In this document: piece after piece, positions 1 to 10,345 of the stretch
Position numbering within the stretch: position 1 is the first letter of the stretch
Layout of the letters: the number at the start of each line of letters is the position of its first letter
IMG/VR virus record: IMGVR_UViG_3300045107_000066
Length of the DNA stretch: 64,000 nt
Reading direction: 5' to 3' (one strand)
From: an uncultured virus (IMG/VR IMGVR_UViG_3300045107_000066)
Lineage: Duplodnaviria; Heunggongvirae; Uroviricota; Caudoviricetes
Made by a program: the position numbers and the translations under genes
Notes under the pieces: model-generated
Databases searched by the model: none
Seen by the model: only the letters and a program-made list of their open reading frames with translations
What the model was told of the DNA's origin: nothing

Positions 1-13
1 TACCACGACCTAT

Positions 14-1075
14 ATGGAAAATATCTATAGCACTAAGCCGTCCGTAGGACCGCTCGAAGCCCAGGCTGTGTCAGATGCCGTCCTCAGCGGATGGGTGGCA
101 CAGGGTCCGGTCATCGGTCAGTTCGAGCAAGCCTTCGCCGACGCCCACCGCAACCGTCACGGGGTCAGTTGCTCCTCCGGCATGAGTGCCCTGGAGCTTG
201 CCATCCTGTCCCTCCGCTTGCCGCCGTTCACTGAGATCATCGTCCCGAACTTGACCATGATCGCCGTCCTGAACGCCGTCGAGCGGTTAGACTATCGACC
301 CAAGTTCGCCGAAGTGTCGGGCGTGGTCGGTAACGTGACTGTAGACTCGATCAAAGAGTGTATCACCGACAGGACATCGGCCGTGATCGTCGTACACAAC
401 TACGGCGAAGTCGTAGAAGACATGGCCGAAATCCGCAACCTCTGTCACCACCACGGCCTCAAGCTGATCGAAGACTGTGCGGAAGCCCACTACGCCGATG
501 TCGCCCGGTACGGCGACGTGAACACCTTCAGTTTCTACGCCAATAAGATCATCACCACCGGCGAAGGCGGGATGGTCTTAACCAACTACGATGTTTACCA
601 GAAGCGGATGCAACTGTTACGGAACCACTACTTCGGGCCGCAGCGGTTCATCCACGAAGAACCTGGGCTTAGCTGCCGTATGTCGAACTTGTCCGCCGCC
701 CTCGGTCTTTGCCAACACAACCGGCGGGACGAGTTCATTCAACGCAGAAAGGCCATCAAGGCGATGTACCTGGAGGGGTTCGCCAACCTCCCCATCGAAT
801 ATCCCACATCGCCGAATTCGGCCAACTGGCTGATGCCAATCCAGGGCGGCAACATCGACGGATTGATTCACCACCTACACGAGAAGAAGATAGAAACCAG
901 ACGCTACTTCTACCCATTCCACAAGCAGCCGTTGACTTGGGGGAGCTATTCCGGTTATGCCTACTCCGAGAAGTTGTACGAGAACGGGCTGTGCCTGCCG
1001 ATCTACCCGAGCCTGACCGATGATGAGGTAGGGCGGGTCGTTGACGCAGTGAAGGGCTTCTATGCTAACGTTTAA
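14..1075 (+). CDS. DegT/DnrJ/EryC1/StrS-family PLP-dependent sugar aminotransferase (perosamine synthase-like)
   Basis: Family motifs SSGMSAL, LIEDCAEAH and FSFYANKIITTGEGGM (PLP lysine). Confidence 0.93.
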   Translation: MENIYSTKPSVGPLEAQAVSDAVLSGWVAQGPVIGQFEQAFADAHRNRHGVSCSSGMSALELAILSLRLPPFTEIIVPNLTMIAVLNAVERLDYRPKFAEVSGVVGNVTVDSIKECITDRTSAVIVVHNYGEVVEDMAEIRNLCHHHGLKLIEDCAEAHYADVARYGDVNTFSFYANKIITTGEGGMVLTNYDVYQKRMQLLRNHYFGPQRFIHEEPGLSCRMSNLSAALGLCQHNRRDEFIQRRKAIKAMYLEGFANLPIEYPTSPNSANWLMPIQGGNIDGLIHHLHEKKIETRRYFYPFHKQPLTWGSYSGYAYSEKLYENGLCLPIYPSLTDDEVGRVVDAVKGFYANV

Positions 1076-1871
1076 CCGCTACTCCACCCACATCAACATC
1101 TACGGCATCGCCCGGTCGGGCATCCACGCCATCGCCGACTGGTTGTATATCAACATGCTGGGTAATACGATCTACCTGGACAACCAGAACCAGGACGACG
1201 AGGGGTACACAGCGAGTTGGGAACCCGGCTCCCCACTATCAGAGTGGCAGCCGGGGATGCGGGACGTGCGGTTGAAGTTCAATTACGAGTGGGGGCAGAA
1301 GTTCGACAATGCCATCACCATCTTCGAGAACCACGACCTGACGAGACTGAAGCCCAACTTCCACCGTGAGTTCGGACTGCCGTCGAAGAAGTTCGACCTA
1401 CTCGTAATCCGCAGCCTGCGAAACCACTACGCCTCGTTCATCAGGATCAAAAAAGAACACCGGGATGCCGCCTGCCGACTGAGGCGGTTCGAGTCGCCCA
1501 ACCACCAGAAAGCGGGCATCTATGACCTGGACTTGTGGAGAATGTACGTCAAGGAAGTCCTCAACCCCAAAGATAAGATCACAGTTCTGTATGATCTGTG
1601 GTGTAAGAACCTGGACTATCGGCTGGCCCTGCTGGACAAGCTGGGTTTGCCACACCTGAAGAGATCGCTGAATCACGTCCCCCACTATGGCGGGGGCAGT
1701 TCGTTCGACGGCACGGCCTTCAACGGCAATGCCGGTGAGATGCAGACGTTGGACCGCTGGCGATCCCTAACCCATGAAGAAAAACTATGTCTGCTTAATC
1801 TGATGACAGAAGATGACGTTCGTCTTGACGCCGCCATAGATTCCAGTCTACATGCTGGGCGAATGGCGTGA
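1062..1871 (+). CDS. putative sulfotransferase-like P-loop protein
   Basis: N-terminal IYGIARSGIHAIADWL resembles the PAPS-binding loop; LVIRSLRNHYASF; sits in the glycan cluster. Confidence 0.55.
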   Translation: MLTFNRYSTHINIYGIARSGIHAIADWLYINMLGNTIYLDNQNQDDEGYTASWEPGSPLSEWQPGMRDVRLKFNYEWGQKFDNAITIFENHDLTRLKPNFHREFGLPSKKFDLLVIRSLRNHYASFIRIKKEHRDAACRLRRFESPNHQKAGIYDLDLWRMYVKEVLNPKDKITVLYDLWCKNLDYRLALLDKLGLPHLKRSLNHVPHYGGGSSFDGTAFNGNAGEMQTLDRWRSLTHEEKLCLLNLMTEDDVRLDAAIDSSLHAGRMA

Positions 1872-2691
1872 ACGGCATGACGGACGGGTCACAGAAGATG
1901 TCCAACGATTTGCCCACGTCGAAGAAGAAGGCGTTGGGCAGTGTCTTGGAAAGCTTGTGAATGATCCAAGCCCCGACGTAGCCGCCCTGGTAGAGATACA
2001 CGACCGGGTAGTGGGCGAACTGCTTGTGGTAGCGGGTCATGTCTTCGATGAACTCATCCTTGTAGGCCGAGAGCGGCATCCGCACCCGGTAGAACTGGTA
2101 GTCGGGGAACTGCCAGAACTCGTGGGCGTTGATCTCATTCAAATGGTTCATGCCGACCACGACGACGAAATACTTCCGCATCGCATTCAGCACCTTAATC
2201 ATCGACCCGTCCACACACCACTGCTTCCAGCACATGCCGTTGTAGATCGTCTTATCGGGCGGCAGCACGGCCTTCATTGCTAACAGCGACTCCCACTTCT
2301 TCTCGACCGGCAGCGGAGAGTTCTTCGGGTAGCCGTCGTAGAACACGCCCCACATCACGTCCGTGTCCTCCCGCATCATGTCAATCAAGTCGAGGTAGTG
2401 CCACTCGATGTCCTTCTTGTCGAACCCGTTGAATAACTCCTTCGTGCCCTCTCGGGTCTGTGGAATTTTCTCCACGAACCCCTTGTAGAAGTCCGGGTTG
2501 TCCTCGCAGATCGCCCGGAGGCCGGACCTGATCCCGTCCAGGGTAATGTCCGGCTGGTCGGTGGCGAACTTGTAGAGGCGTTCCCAATACCCGTGCAGCA
2601 ACTTACAGAACGAGAAGTATTCCTTGTTCACGAGCTTGCGGGCCACGTCGTCGGCCGTGATGGGGGCGAAACGGAAGTCTGGAAAGAGCAT
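1795..2691 (-). CDS. hypothetical protein in glycan cluster (possibly glycosyltransferase-related)
   Basis: 298-aa ORF coupled to the carbamoyltransferase; C-terminal FDVGKSLD segment. Confidence 0.6.
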   Translation of the reverse strand: MLFPDFRFAPITADDVARKLVNKEYFSFCKLLHGYWERLYKFATDQPDITLDGIRSGLRAICEDNPDFYKGFVEKIPQTREGTKELFNGFDKKDIEWHYLDLIDMMREDTDVMWGVFYDGYPKNSPLPVEKKWESLLAMKAVLPPDKTIYNGMCWKQWCVDGSMIKVLNAMRKYFVVVVGMNHLNEINAHEFWQFPDYQFYRVRMPLSAYKDEFIEDMTRYHKQFAHYPVVYLYQGGYVGAWIIHKLSKTLPNAFFFDVGKSLDIFCDPSVMPFTPFAQHVDWNLWRRQDERHLLSSD

Positions 2692-4118
2692 CAGTAAATC
2701 TCCACGTCGTATAGCTCGGTGAACTTGCGGGCGTCATCCAGGTCGTTAAGGATCGGCTGTCCCCGGATGTTCAGGCTCGTGTTCAACACCATCGGGCAGC
2801 CGGTCAATCGGTAGAACTCTTCGAGAACAGCGTTGAACCGTGGGTTGTTCTTCTCGTTCACCGTCTGCACCCTGGACGTATTGTCATAGTGACAGATGGC
2901 GGGAAACTCTGCCGGGTAGCGGCACTTGCCCACATACTGCATGTACGGGCTGACGGGGACCGGCATCTCGAAGTAGTCGTGGACGAAACGTTCCAGAACG
3001 GCCGGGGCGAACGGGCGGAATTGGTGGCGACGTTTGACTTGGTTCACCATCACCTTGTTCTCGATCTTTCTCGGGTCTGCCAGCAGTGAGCGGTTCCCCA
3101 ACGCCCGTGGCCCGAACTCCGCTGGTCCGTTCGCAATACCCACCGCTTTGCCCTGGGCCAGCGTCCTAGCCACGGCTTCCACGTCGAGTTCCCGGTCGAT
3201 ACTCTTGCCCAGGTAAGGACCGTCCCATTGGACGTGCCGGTCGAGCGCACACCCGACGGCCGACCCGGCGTCCCCTGGATTGGGGAATATCCACATGTTC
3301 TCAAACAGCGGGGCGATCTTCGCATTCAGTACACAGTTCAAAGCCACGCCGCCGACGTACACGAGGTTCGACGAGTAGCGACTGGCCTGCCGCATGACCT
3401 TCAGTACCACCCGTTCAGTAACGGCCTGGACGCTGGCGGCGATGTCCACCGGGTCGGCTTCCGGGAGGTAGTCGCCCACGCCCCGCCACACGTCCCGCTT
3501 CAACTCAAACAGCGGCGCACTGTCCACGAAGAAGTCGTCGTAGATTTGCTCGGCGTAGATCGGCTTCCCGAAGGCAGCCATCCCCATCATGATGTACTCT
3601 TCCTCGTTCGGCTTGAGGCCGCACCGCTTCGTGAACGCCGAATAGAACAGGCCGATGGACGACGGGTAGTTGATTTGCTGCACCCGATCAAGTCGCTCCA
3701 GATATCCGCAGTGGATACCGAACGTGGCCCACTCGCCGATGGCGTCGATGGTCACGACGACTGCGTGCTGGAACGGCGATGTGTAATAACCCGTCTTGGC
3801 GTGGGAGTCGTGGTGGTCGCCATACTCCACGCCTCTGATCCCGAACCGCTTCAGATAGGTGGATGGCAACTCTTTCATCAGTGCCTTCCACTGACCGAGC
3901 CGCAACTGACGCCCCTTTTTCTTCCAGGGGTTCTCGTAGAACACCACCCGATCCGGTTTTCCGAACGCACGGGCGTCGTCCACCAGTTCTTGACACAGGT
4001 GCTTATCTTGCTTGATCTTGGTATACCGCTCGGAGGACGAGGCGTATACCAACTTGTTGTCCTGAACCACCGCCAGCGAGGCGTCGTGGTTCATGGCGGT
4101 GATACCCCAGGTAATCAT
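2691..4118 (-). CDS. carbamoyltransferase (NodU/CmcH family)
   Basis: Motifs NHDASLA, DHHDSHA, DAIGE, GGVALNC, GDAGSAVG, EFGPRALGNRSLLADP, LNTSLN; start taken at MITWG. Confidence 0.95.
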   Translation of the reverse strand: MITWGITAMNHDASLAVVQDNKLVYASSSERYTKIKQDKHLCQELVDDARAFGKPDRVVFYENPWKKKGRQLRLGQWKALMKELPSTYLKRFGIRGVEYGDHHDSHAKTGYYTSPFQHAVVVTIDAIGEWATFGIHCGYLERLDRVQQINYPSSIGLFYSAFTKRCGLKPNEEEYIMMGMAAFGKPIYAEQIYDDFFVDSAPLFELKRDVWRGVGDYLPEADPVDIAASVQAVTERVVLKVMRQASRYSSNLVYVGGVALNCVLNAKIAPLFENMWIFPNPGDAGSAVGCALDRHVQWDGPYLGKSIDRELDVEAVARTLAQGKAVGIANGPAEFGPRALGNRSLLADPRKIENKVMVNQVKRRHQFRPFAPAVLERFVHDYFEMPVPVSPYMQYVGKCRYPAEFPAICHYDNTSRVQTVNEKNNPRFNAVLEEFYRLTGCPMVLNTSLNIRGQPILNDLDDARKFTELYDVEIY

Positions 4119-4837
4119 ACGCTCCTCTGCTTGTAAGCTTCCCACCCGTAATGCCTGTCGGCACGATTAACACCGATGAAGTGGATGATATCGGTGAAGC
4201 CGTCCAGGTCGGTTTTCAACTCATACATGTCCCGGACTTCCAAGACGACGTGCCGTGGGTATTTCAAAAGAGCGGCGATGACCAACGCCTGCTCCTCTCC
4301 GTAGGTGAACTTCGCCACCGGGTTGTCGTAGATGATGTCCACGATCTCCTTCTGGAAGTCGAACCCCGGCGGCATCCCGATGAGGCCACTGTTATAAGCC
4401 CCTTCACTAATGAGATGGGCGTAGGTGCCGTAATACCGTACCCCGGTTCGGGCGAACATCGTGCAGTCGCCGTCGAGGAAGGGTTTGATCTGGTCGATGC
4501 TGTGGATCAACACGTCATTGTCGCAGACGATCTCGTGCTTGTCCGGGGCCAACCTCGGCGGGCAAATCTTCCACAAGCTCCCGCCCGTCTTGTGCCGGTT
4601 CCTCTGGTCCGTCCCGGCGTCGAGGTAGGGCCGGAGGAGATGGGTGGGTTCCTGTCGCACCAGGGGCACATCCAACTTCTGCAATTGTTCAACTTGTAAC
4701 TCAGTTAGGTTGTTGTAGCAGACGGCGTACTCCACGGGATATCCATCGAACGCCTTCTTCGCCAACTTGACTGAGCGAGCCAGTGTCTCCAGTCCGGCCA
4801 CGGTCGTATTGCCACAAGTCCAACGGAAGAGAACCAT
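4115..4837 (-). CDS. putative GT-A fold glycosyltransferase
   Basis: DxD-like VCDNDV, YNSGLIG, EEQAL and HFIG motifs. Confidence 0.6.
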   Translation of the reverse strand: MVLFRWTCGNTTVAGLETLARSVKLAKKAFDGYPVEYAVCYNNLTELQVEQLQKLDVPLVRQEPTHLLRPYLDAGTDQRNRHKTGGSLWKICPPRLAPDKHEIVCDNDVLIHSIDQIKPFLDGDCTMFARTGVRYYGTYAHLISEGAYNSGLIGMPPGFDFQKEIVDIIYDNPVAKFTYGEEQALVIAALLKYPRHVVLEVRDMYELKTDLDGFTDIIHFIGVNRADRHYGWEAYKQRSV

Positions 4838-5762
4838 GATTATCCCCAAATTCAACTGCCAACAAGTGCGTGCGATGCCGTTACACAACTCCCACGGGTG
4901 GTTGGACGCAGTGAACGCAATCCAGGCCAAACTGAACAACCCTAACGGAGTGTTGTTCTACGACATGCTGGATTTTCATTTCATAGAAAAGCGGACGCCC
5001 ATCCAAACCCAATGGACGGGCTTCTTCCACAGCGTACCAAAATACCCGGAAAACGTCCACAACATTGCCCGGCTCCACGCCGGGAGGCTGTACATGCTGT
5101 CGGCCATTCTGGAACAAGAGTGGGTCAGAGAGAGCCTGCCATACTGCGTCGGCCTCTTCACCCTGTCGCCCGCACTCAGCCGATTCATCGTGGAGAAGAC
5201 GGGCATCCCGGTCAGCACCATCCCGTATGCCGTCAGTGAATACGACTGCCAGTTCGACATCAAAGCCTACGACGAAAACCCACGAGTCCTACACGCCGGT
5301 CAGTACCAGAGGAACTACCAGCCGTTCTTCGACCTGAAGGTGAAGCAAAAGAAGACGTTCATTAAGATAGACTTCGACAAGGAGGCCGGTTTCTACACCA
5401 ACACGGAGGGAACGGAGTTCCTAGAACTCCAGTCGGCCGAACAATTCATCAAGATGCAAAGCTCGTCGGTGGTGTTCATGAACCACTACAACGAGTTCGC
5501 CTGCACGGTCATGTTGCAGTGCATCAAGCTCAGGACGCCGGTCATGGTCAACCCCACCGAGACGAACCGATACTATCTCGGCGAGGACTACCCCTTGTTC
5601 TACTCGTCCGTCGAAGAGGCTAACGCCAAACTGGCCGACCACGATCTCATCGTGAAGGCCCACGAGTACCTGAAAGGTCTTTCTTATACTACCGACCGAA
5701 TGGTGGACGAGATCGCCAACTCAAAAGTGTACAAGAGCATTGGCACTCGCTTCGTCTTTTAA
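4836..5762 (+). CDS. putative glycosyltransferase-like protein
   Basis: Long ORF in glycan cluster; HNSHGW, WTGFFH and YYLGEDYPLFY segments; start uncertain. Confidence 0.5.
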   Translation: MIIPKFNCQQVRAMPLHNSHGWLDAVNAIQAKLNNPNGVLFYDMLDFHFIEKRTPIQTQWTGFFHSVPKYPENVHNIARLHAGRLYMLSAILEQEWVRESLPYCVGLFTLSPALSRFIVEKTGIPVSTIPYAVSEYDCQFDIKAYDENPRVLHAGQYQRNYQPFFDLKVKQKKTFIKIDFDKEAGFYTNTEGTEFLELQSAEQFIKMQSSSVVFMNHYNEFACTVMLQCIKLRTPVMVNPTETNRYYLGEDYPLFYSSVEEANAKLADHDLIVKAHEYLKGLSYTTDRMVDEIANSKVYKSIGTRFVF

Positions 5763-6692
5763 CTCCCATGACCACCGGCTGCCGTTCGTTCTGAACCAGC
5801 CGACGGTGCGCATCAACCCGTCGTGAATATCGACGGTGGGTTGCCAGCCGGTACACTGCTTCAACTTGGCGTTATCACAAACGAGTCGGTCGATCTCACT
5901 GCGGCGGAACCGTGCGGGGTCGATCTGTAGGAACGGCTCCACGTCCATGATCTCGGCGATGGTCTTGTACAGGTACTCAATGCTGTAGCTTACGCCCGAG
6001 CCGATGTTGTACGCCTCACCGGGTTTGCCGTGTTCCATCAGTGCGATGATGGCACGGGCCGTGTCGTGGACGAAGGTGAAGTCACGCTCGGCGTGGATGT
6101 TCCCCAGCTTCAGGATCGGGCCGTCCCGCAACTGCTTGATGATCTCTGCGATGACGTAAGGGGCACTCTCCCGTGGGCCGTAGGCGTTGAACAACCTAGC
6201 CACGACGACCGGCGTACCGTGTTCCCGGTACGCACTGATGCAAAGCCCGTCCCCAGCGATCTTTGTGGTGGCGTAGGTGTTGCAGAACGACAGAGGCGAA
6301 GTCTCGGACAAGCTGACGTTCGGGTTGTTACCGTATACCTCTGCGGTGGAGATGTGGACGATCCGCTTCACGTTACGACACGCCTTCAGGACGTTGTACG
6401 CCCCGACCACGTTGTTGTTGATGAACCGTTTCGGGACGACGTAGGAGTTGGGGATGAACGTGTCCCCGGTAAAGTTGATGACCGAATCAGGATTAACCTC
6501 ATCAACACACTTGAGTAAGTTCCATTCGTCCAGCACGTCGAACGGGTAGACGGTGACTTCTCCCGGAAGGTTAGACCTTCGGCCGTTGGACAGGTTGTCG
6601 TAAACGTAGACAGCGTGCCCTTCCCGAAGCAGTTCAATAGCGGTGGCGGACCCGATGAAACCGGCACCGCCGCAGATTAACACTTTAGCCAT
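5721..6692 (-). CDS. NAD-dependent epimerase/dehydratase (extended SDR)
   Basis: GGAGFIG Rossmann motif, STAEVYG, YATTK, RLFNAYGPRE. Confidence 0.93.
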   Translation of the reverse strand: MAKVLICGGAGFIGSATAIELLREGHAVYVYDNLSNGRRSNLPGEVTVYPFDVLDEWNLLKCVDEVNPDSVINFTGDTFIPNSYVVPKRFINNNVVGAYNVLKACRNVKRIVHISTAEVYGNNPNVSLSETSPLSFCNTYATTKIAGDGLCISAYREHGTPVVVARLFNAYGPRESAPYVIAEIIKQLRDGPILKLGNIHAERDFTFVHDTARAIIALMEHGKPGEAYNIGSGVSYSIEYLYKTIAEIMDVEPFLQIDPARFRRSEIDRLVCDNAKLKQCTGWQPTVDIHDGLMRTVGWFRTNGSRWSWELKDEASANALVHF

Positions 6693-7791
6693 TCAATAGT
6701 CTCGCAGAGTGTATTAACGCCATTTGTATTACGTCGTCCATGTCGAGGTACTTGTAAGTTCCCAGCCTCCCTCCGAACGTAACATCAGTCGTCTCCCGCA
6801 TCAGTTCTTGGTACTGACCGAACATCTTTTCATTGGTCTGGTCGTTGATCGGATAGAACGGTTCGTTCTTCCCGTCGAACTCCTGGGGGTATTCATATGT
6901 AACAATCGTGTCCGGGATTCGGTGGCCTTCGTACTGAATGTGCTTGTGTTCAATGATGCGGGTGTACGGCACGTCCTTCGACGTGTAATTCACCTGGGCC
7001 GTCCCCTGGAAGTCGCAATTCTGGTGGGTGTGGGACTCGTGCCGCAGGGAGCGGTAATCCAGGCGACCGAATCGGTAGTCGAAGAAGGCGTCCACGCAGC
7101 CCGAGTAGATCAGGTGCTTAGCGTGGTGTCGCCACCAGCCCGCCTTGTGGGCGAAGAAGTCTGCGTTCAGTTCAACGTCGATACCGTCCAGCATAACCTC
7201 GAACAGTTCAGTGTACCCTTTGAGCGGCACCCCCTGAAATTGCGACGAGCCGTGGTAGGTATCGTCCATCGTCGTCCGAATGGGAATACGCTTGGCGATG
7301 CTGGCCGGTAGCTCCCTGGGGTGACGGCCCCATTGCTTGATCGTGTAGCCCTCGTAGAAAGTCTGGTACAGTTGGAACCCCACCTGCGAGATCACGAACT
7401 GCTCGAAATTGGCCGGGTTCGGAACGTCCTTCCGAAGTTTCTTAATCAACTCCTCGGCCTCGGCCGGGGTCTTCACCCCGTACATCTGGTGCAGCGTGAG
7501 CAGGTTGATGGGGAACGAGTACAATTTGCCTTCGTAGTTCACCTTTACCCGTGGCAGGCTGGTGTAGAAGTCCACGAAGTTGTTGACGTACCGCCACACG
7601 TTCATCTTGTTCGTGTTGAAGTAGTGCGGCCCGTAGCGGTGGACGTGGATGCCGCCCACGTTCTCAGTGTAGCAGTTGCCTCCGATGTGATCCCGGCGTT
7701 CCAGAATCTTCACCTTCTTCCCACGGGCGGCAAGCTCGTAAGCCATGACCGTCCCGTAGAGGCCGCTCCCAACAATCAGATAATCTAGCAT
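6685..7791 (-). CDS. glf: UDP-galactopyranose mutase
   Basis: IVGSGLYG, HIGGNCY, HRYGPHYF, YTIKQWG, TRIIEHK, GRLGTYKYLDMD. Confidence 0.95.
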   Translation of the reverse strand: MLDYLIVGSGLYGTVMAYELAARGKKVKILERRDHIGGNCYTENVGGIHVHRYGPHYFNTNKMNVWRYVNNFVDFYTSLPRVKVNYEGKLYSFPINLLTLHQMYGVKTPAEAEELIKKLRKDVPNPANFEQFVISQVGFQLYQTFYEGYTIKQWGRHPRELPASIAKRIPIRTTMDDTYHGSSQFQGVPLKGYTELFEVMLDGIDVELNADFFAHKAGWWRHHAKHLIYSGCVDAFFDYRFGRLDYRSLRHESHTHQNCDFQGTAQVNYTSKDVPYTRIIEHKHIQYEGHRIPDTIVTYEYPQEFDGKNEPFYPINDQTNEKMFGQYQELMRETTDVTFGGRLGTYKYLDMDDVIQMALIHSARLLNG

Positions 7792-8753
7792 TACGCCTTT
7801 TCTTCACTGAGAATCCACGCCAGTGTTTCCTCAAGTGTGTATTGATGCCGCCAACCGGCGGCGGACAGCTTGCTGCCGTCCAACATGTACCGCCGGTCGT
7901 ACCCTTTGCGGGCCGACTCCGACGGGATCAACTTGTAGTTCAACTCTCTGCCGAGCAGCTTGGCGATGGCCTGTGCCATTTGCAAGTTGTCAATCTCCGT
8001 CTTGCCGCACACGTTGAAGCGGTTCGGCCGGGGTGCCACCCCGTCGGCAGCCTGGACCGGCAGCCCGGAGACGAAGTGGATCGCACTCGCAACGTCTCGG
8101 GCGTCAACGTAACATCTCGACCCGATCCGCCCGGCCTCGCCGTAGATGGGCATCTCCTTCCCGGACCGGACGTAGTTGATGATCTTCGGCACGAACTTCT
8201 CCGGGTCTTGCCTCGGCCCGATGATGTTCATGGCGTTCAGGATGACCAGCGGCATGCCGTAACTTCGCCAATAAGCGATAGCCATCGCCTCCTGGCACGC
8301 CTTGCTGGCGGCGTAAGGGTTGCTGGGCACGATGGACGACCACTCGGCGTGGCCGGACGTGGTGGCCTCCCCGTACACTTCGTCCGTGCTGAATTGTAAG
8401 AACAACTTCGGCGGGTGCTTCCGGGCGAACTCCAGCATGTTGAGGCCGACTTCGAAGTTGTTCCTCAATGCGGCCACAGGGTCGGAGATGGACCGCTCCA
8501 CCGCCGAGTCGGAGGCCAGATGGATGATGAAGTCGATCTCCCCGCCCTTTAATAACTTGTCCTGGGTCATCGGGCAGATCGGGACGGACAGGTCGTGGAA
8601 AACTAAGTCGATGTCCTGCCGGACACGGGCTAAACTGCCCCGGTGACGGAAGGAGTCGAGGCCAATAATTGACCAATCGGTCTTTTCCTTAAGATAATCG
8701 AGGACTAGACCGCCTAAGAAACCGCCCACGCCCGTCAGCAAAACCCTGTTCAT
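7791..8753 (-). CDS. dTDP-glucose 4,6-dehydratase-like SDR
   Basis: TGVGGFLG, SAVERSI, FSTDEVYG, PSNPYAASKA, RQDPEKFVPK, GYDRRY. Confidence 0.9.
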   Translation of the reverse strand: MNRVLLTGVGGFLGGLVLDYLKEKTDWSIIGLDSFRHRGSLARVRQDIDLVFHDLSVPICPMTQDKLLKGGEIDFIIHLASDSAVERSISDPVAALRNNFEVGLNMLEFARKHPPKLFLQFSTDEVYGEATTSGHAEWSSIVPSNPYAASKACQEAMAIAYWRSYGMPLVILNAMNIIGPRQDPEKFVPKIINYVRSGKEMPIYGEAGRIGSRCYVDARDVASAIHFVSGLPVQAADGVAPRPNRFNVCGKTEIDNLQMAQAIAKLLGRELNYKLIPSESARKGYDRRYMLDGSKLSAAGWRHQYTLEETLAWILSEEKA

Positions 8754-8839
8754 TTTCACCGCCTGGAAAACTGCCTGAGCTATAATAGTATTTCCTGAGT
8801 TGTGCTAAATACTGTGTACTTCGACTTGGAGATAGAATA

Positions 8840-10312
8840 ATGCAGTCATTCTTCGAAATGTCCGAATTGCTGGAGAACTTCGAGTATCTTCAGGAATCGG
8901 CAGCGGGCCTCGCCAGGATTATTGATCGGATTGCCGGGGATGCAGACGAGGCTATCAAGCCTTACATCGCACAGGTAATCCAAAAGGGTTACAAGGGTGG
9001 CGTTCACAGCCTCGCCGACCTGGAGAAAGGGGCGGCGGACAAGAAGAAGCTGCACGCAGCCCTCCACTACCTCGCCGAGAAGGACATCGTTGACTTCGGT
9101 GAAAACGGCACGTTCAAGGTGGCCGATATTAACGCACACGCTGGTACTGGCGGTAGTGCCCTGAAGGGTGCTAAGGCTGGCGTCCTGTCCCGGAAGATGC
9201 TGGGTCACGGCGACGGCCAGAAGACGCACGGCGAGTACGGCTCCAAGTTGGATCAAGTCAAGGCGAAGTACCCGAAGCACGCCCGGACCTTTGACATGAT
9301 CTTTGCCAGCCCGAACTGGAAGCAGATGATGGCCGGTAAGCCTTACCGGGCCGAGGACATCGCTCCTGGTGTTGATCCTGGTCAACTCATGGGTGCCCTG
9401 GACGTTCTGCGGCACGAAGAGATCGTCGGCTTCGCCGGTGAGCCGAAGCCGGATACCATTGTTAAGGCACGAAAGTACGCCGACGCCGTGGAGAATGACC
9501 TGGACCGGGCAGCCAAGCAGTTCCCTCAGTACGCTCAGGTGTTCCAGGCCATTATGAAGACCGGGGCATGGCGGCGTCTGCAAGGTGGCAGCCCGATCCT
9601 GGCGGCTAACCTGTTGGGCGTCGGGGCGAGCGGCGGCGATTTCAATGCCAACGTCGAGCTACAACTGAAGGCTCTGATGGCACTGAAACACATGGGCATT
9701 ATCCACTTCGAGGGAGACAAGCCGACCCTGAAGACGCCGGTCACGAAGGGTGCCGGTGAAGTGGACGCAGCCAACGCCTACAAGGGTCCGAACCGGGCTT
9801 CTGACGCAGCACAGGCGATGGCAGGTGCGGAATCCAAGCCGGGCACCCGGTTGGCGGACAAGCAGACGGTGGTTAGCGGACAGAACAAGATGCACGGCGG
9901 CTCCGCTCAAGAGAAGATGGCACCGGGCAAGGTTGCGGCAGCGGCGGGCATGTACCAAGACGACCCGACGCAGGCGATCTCTCGTGAGTGGTGGCACGGC
10001 TGGACGACGGCAATGCAGGCCGTCGAACGTGACCCGACGCTTTGGAATAACGAGAAGTGGCTGGGTCAACTCCAACAGCACACCGTCACGACTTTGCAGA
10101 ACATCGCCGGTCAGATCAAGCGAGCCATCGACGGCGGTGCCCCTCGGGAGCAGGTGAAACCGATGTTGACGAACTTCTTCATGATCGCTTCGCCGAACAA
10201 CTCGGAACACAAGCCAATCGAGATGTTCCCAGGCATTGCCGGAATGGCGAACAAGTTGAAAGCCCTGTACGACGGGGCGTACAAGCGGACGGCAACCGTC
10301 CCTGGGTACTAA
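8840..10312 (+). CDS. hypothetical phage protein, candidate head/internal protein
   Basis: 490-aa ORF starting MQSFFEM; TAAATA at ~8806 upstream; terminator downstream. Confidence 0.7.
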   Translation: MQSFFEMSELLENFEYLQESAAGLARIIDRIAGDADEAIKPYIAQVIQKGYKGGVHSLADLEKGAADKKKLHAALHYLAEKDIVDFGENGTFKVADINAHAGTGGSALKGAKAGVLSRKMLGHGDGQKTHGEYGSKLDQVKAKYPKHARTFDMIFASPNWKQMMAGKPYRAEDIAPGVDPGQLMGALDVLRHEEIVGFAGEPKPDTIVKARKYADAVENDLDRAAKQFPQYAQVFQAIMKTGAWRRLQGGSPILAANLLGVGASGGDFNANVELQLKALMALKHMGIIHFEGDKPTLKTPVTKGAGEVDAANAYKGPNRASDAAQAMAGAESKPGTRLADKQTVVSGQNKMHGGSAQEKMAPGKVAAAAGMYQDDPTQAISREWWHGWTTAMQAVERDPTLWNNEKWLGQLQQHTVTTLQNIAGQIKRAIDGGAPREQVKPMLTNFFMIASPNNSEHKPIEMFPGIAGMANKLKALYDGAYKRTATVPGY

Positions 10313-10318
10313 AGAAAC

Positions 10319-10343
10319 AAGCCCGGCTTTCGCCGGGCTTTTT
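10319..10343. terminator. intrinsic terminator between convergent genes
   Basis: AAGCCCGGC-TTTC-GCCGGGCTT followed by a T run. Confidence 0.85.
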
Positions 10344-10345
10344 CA

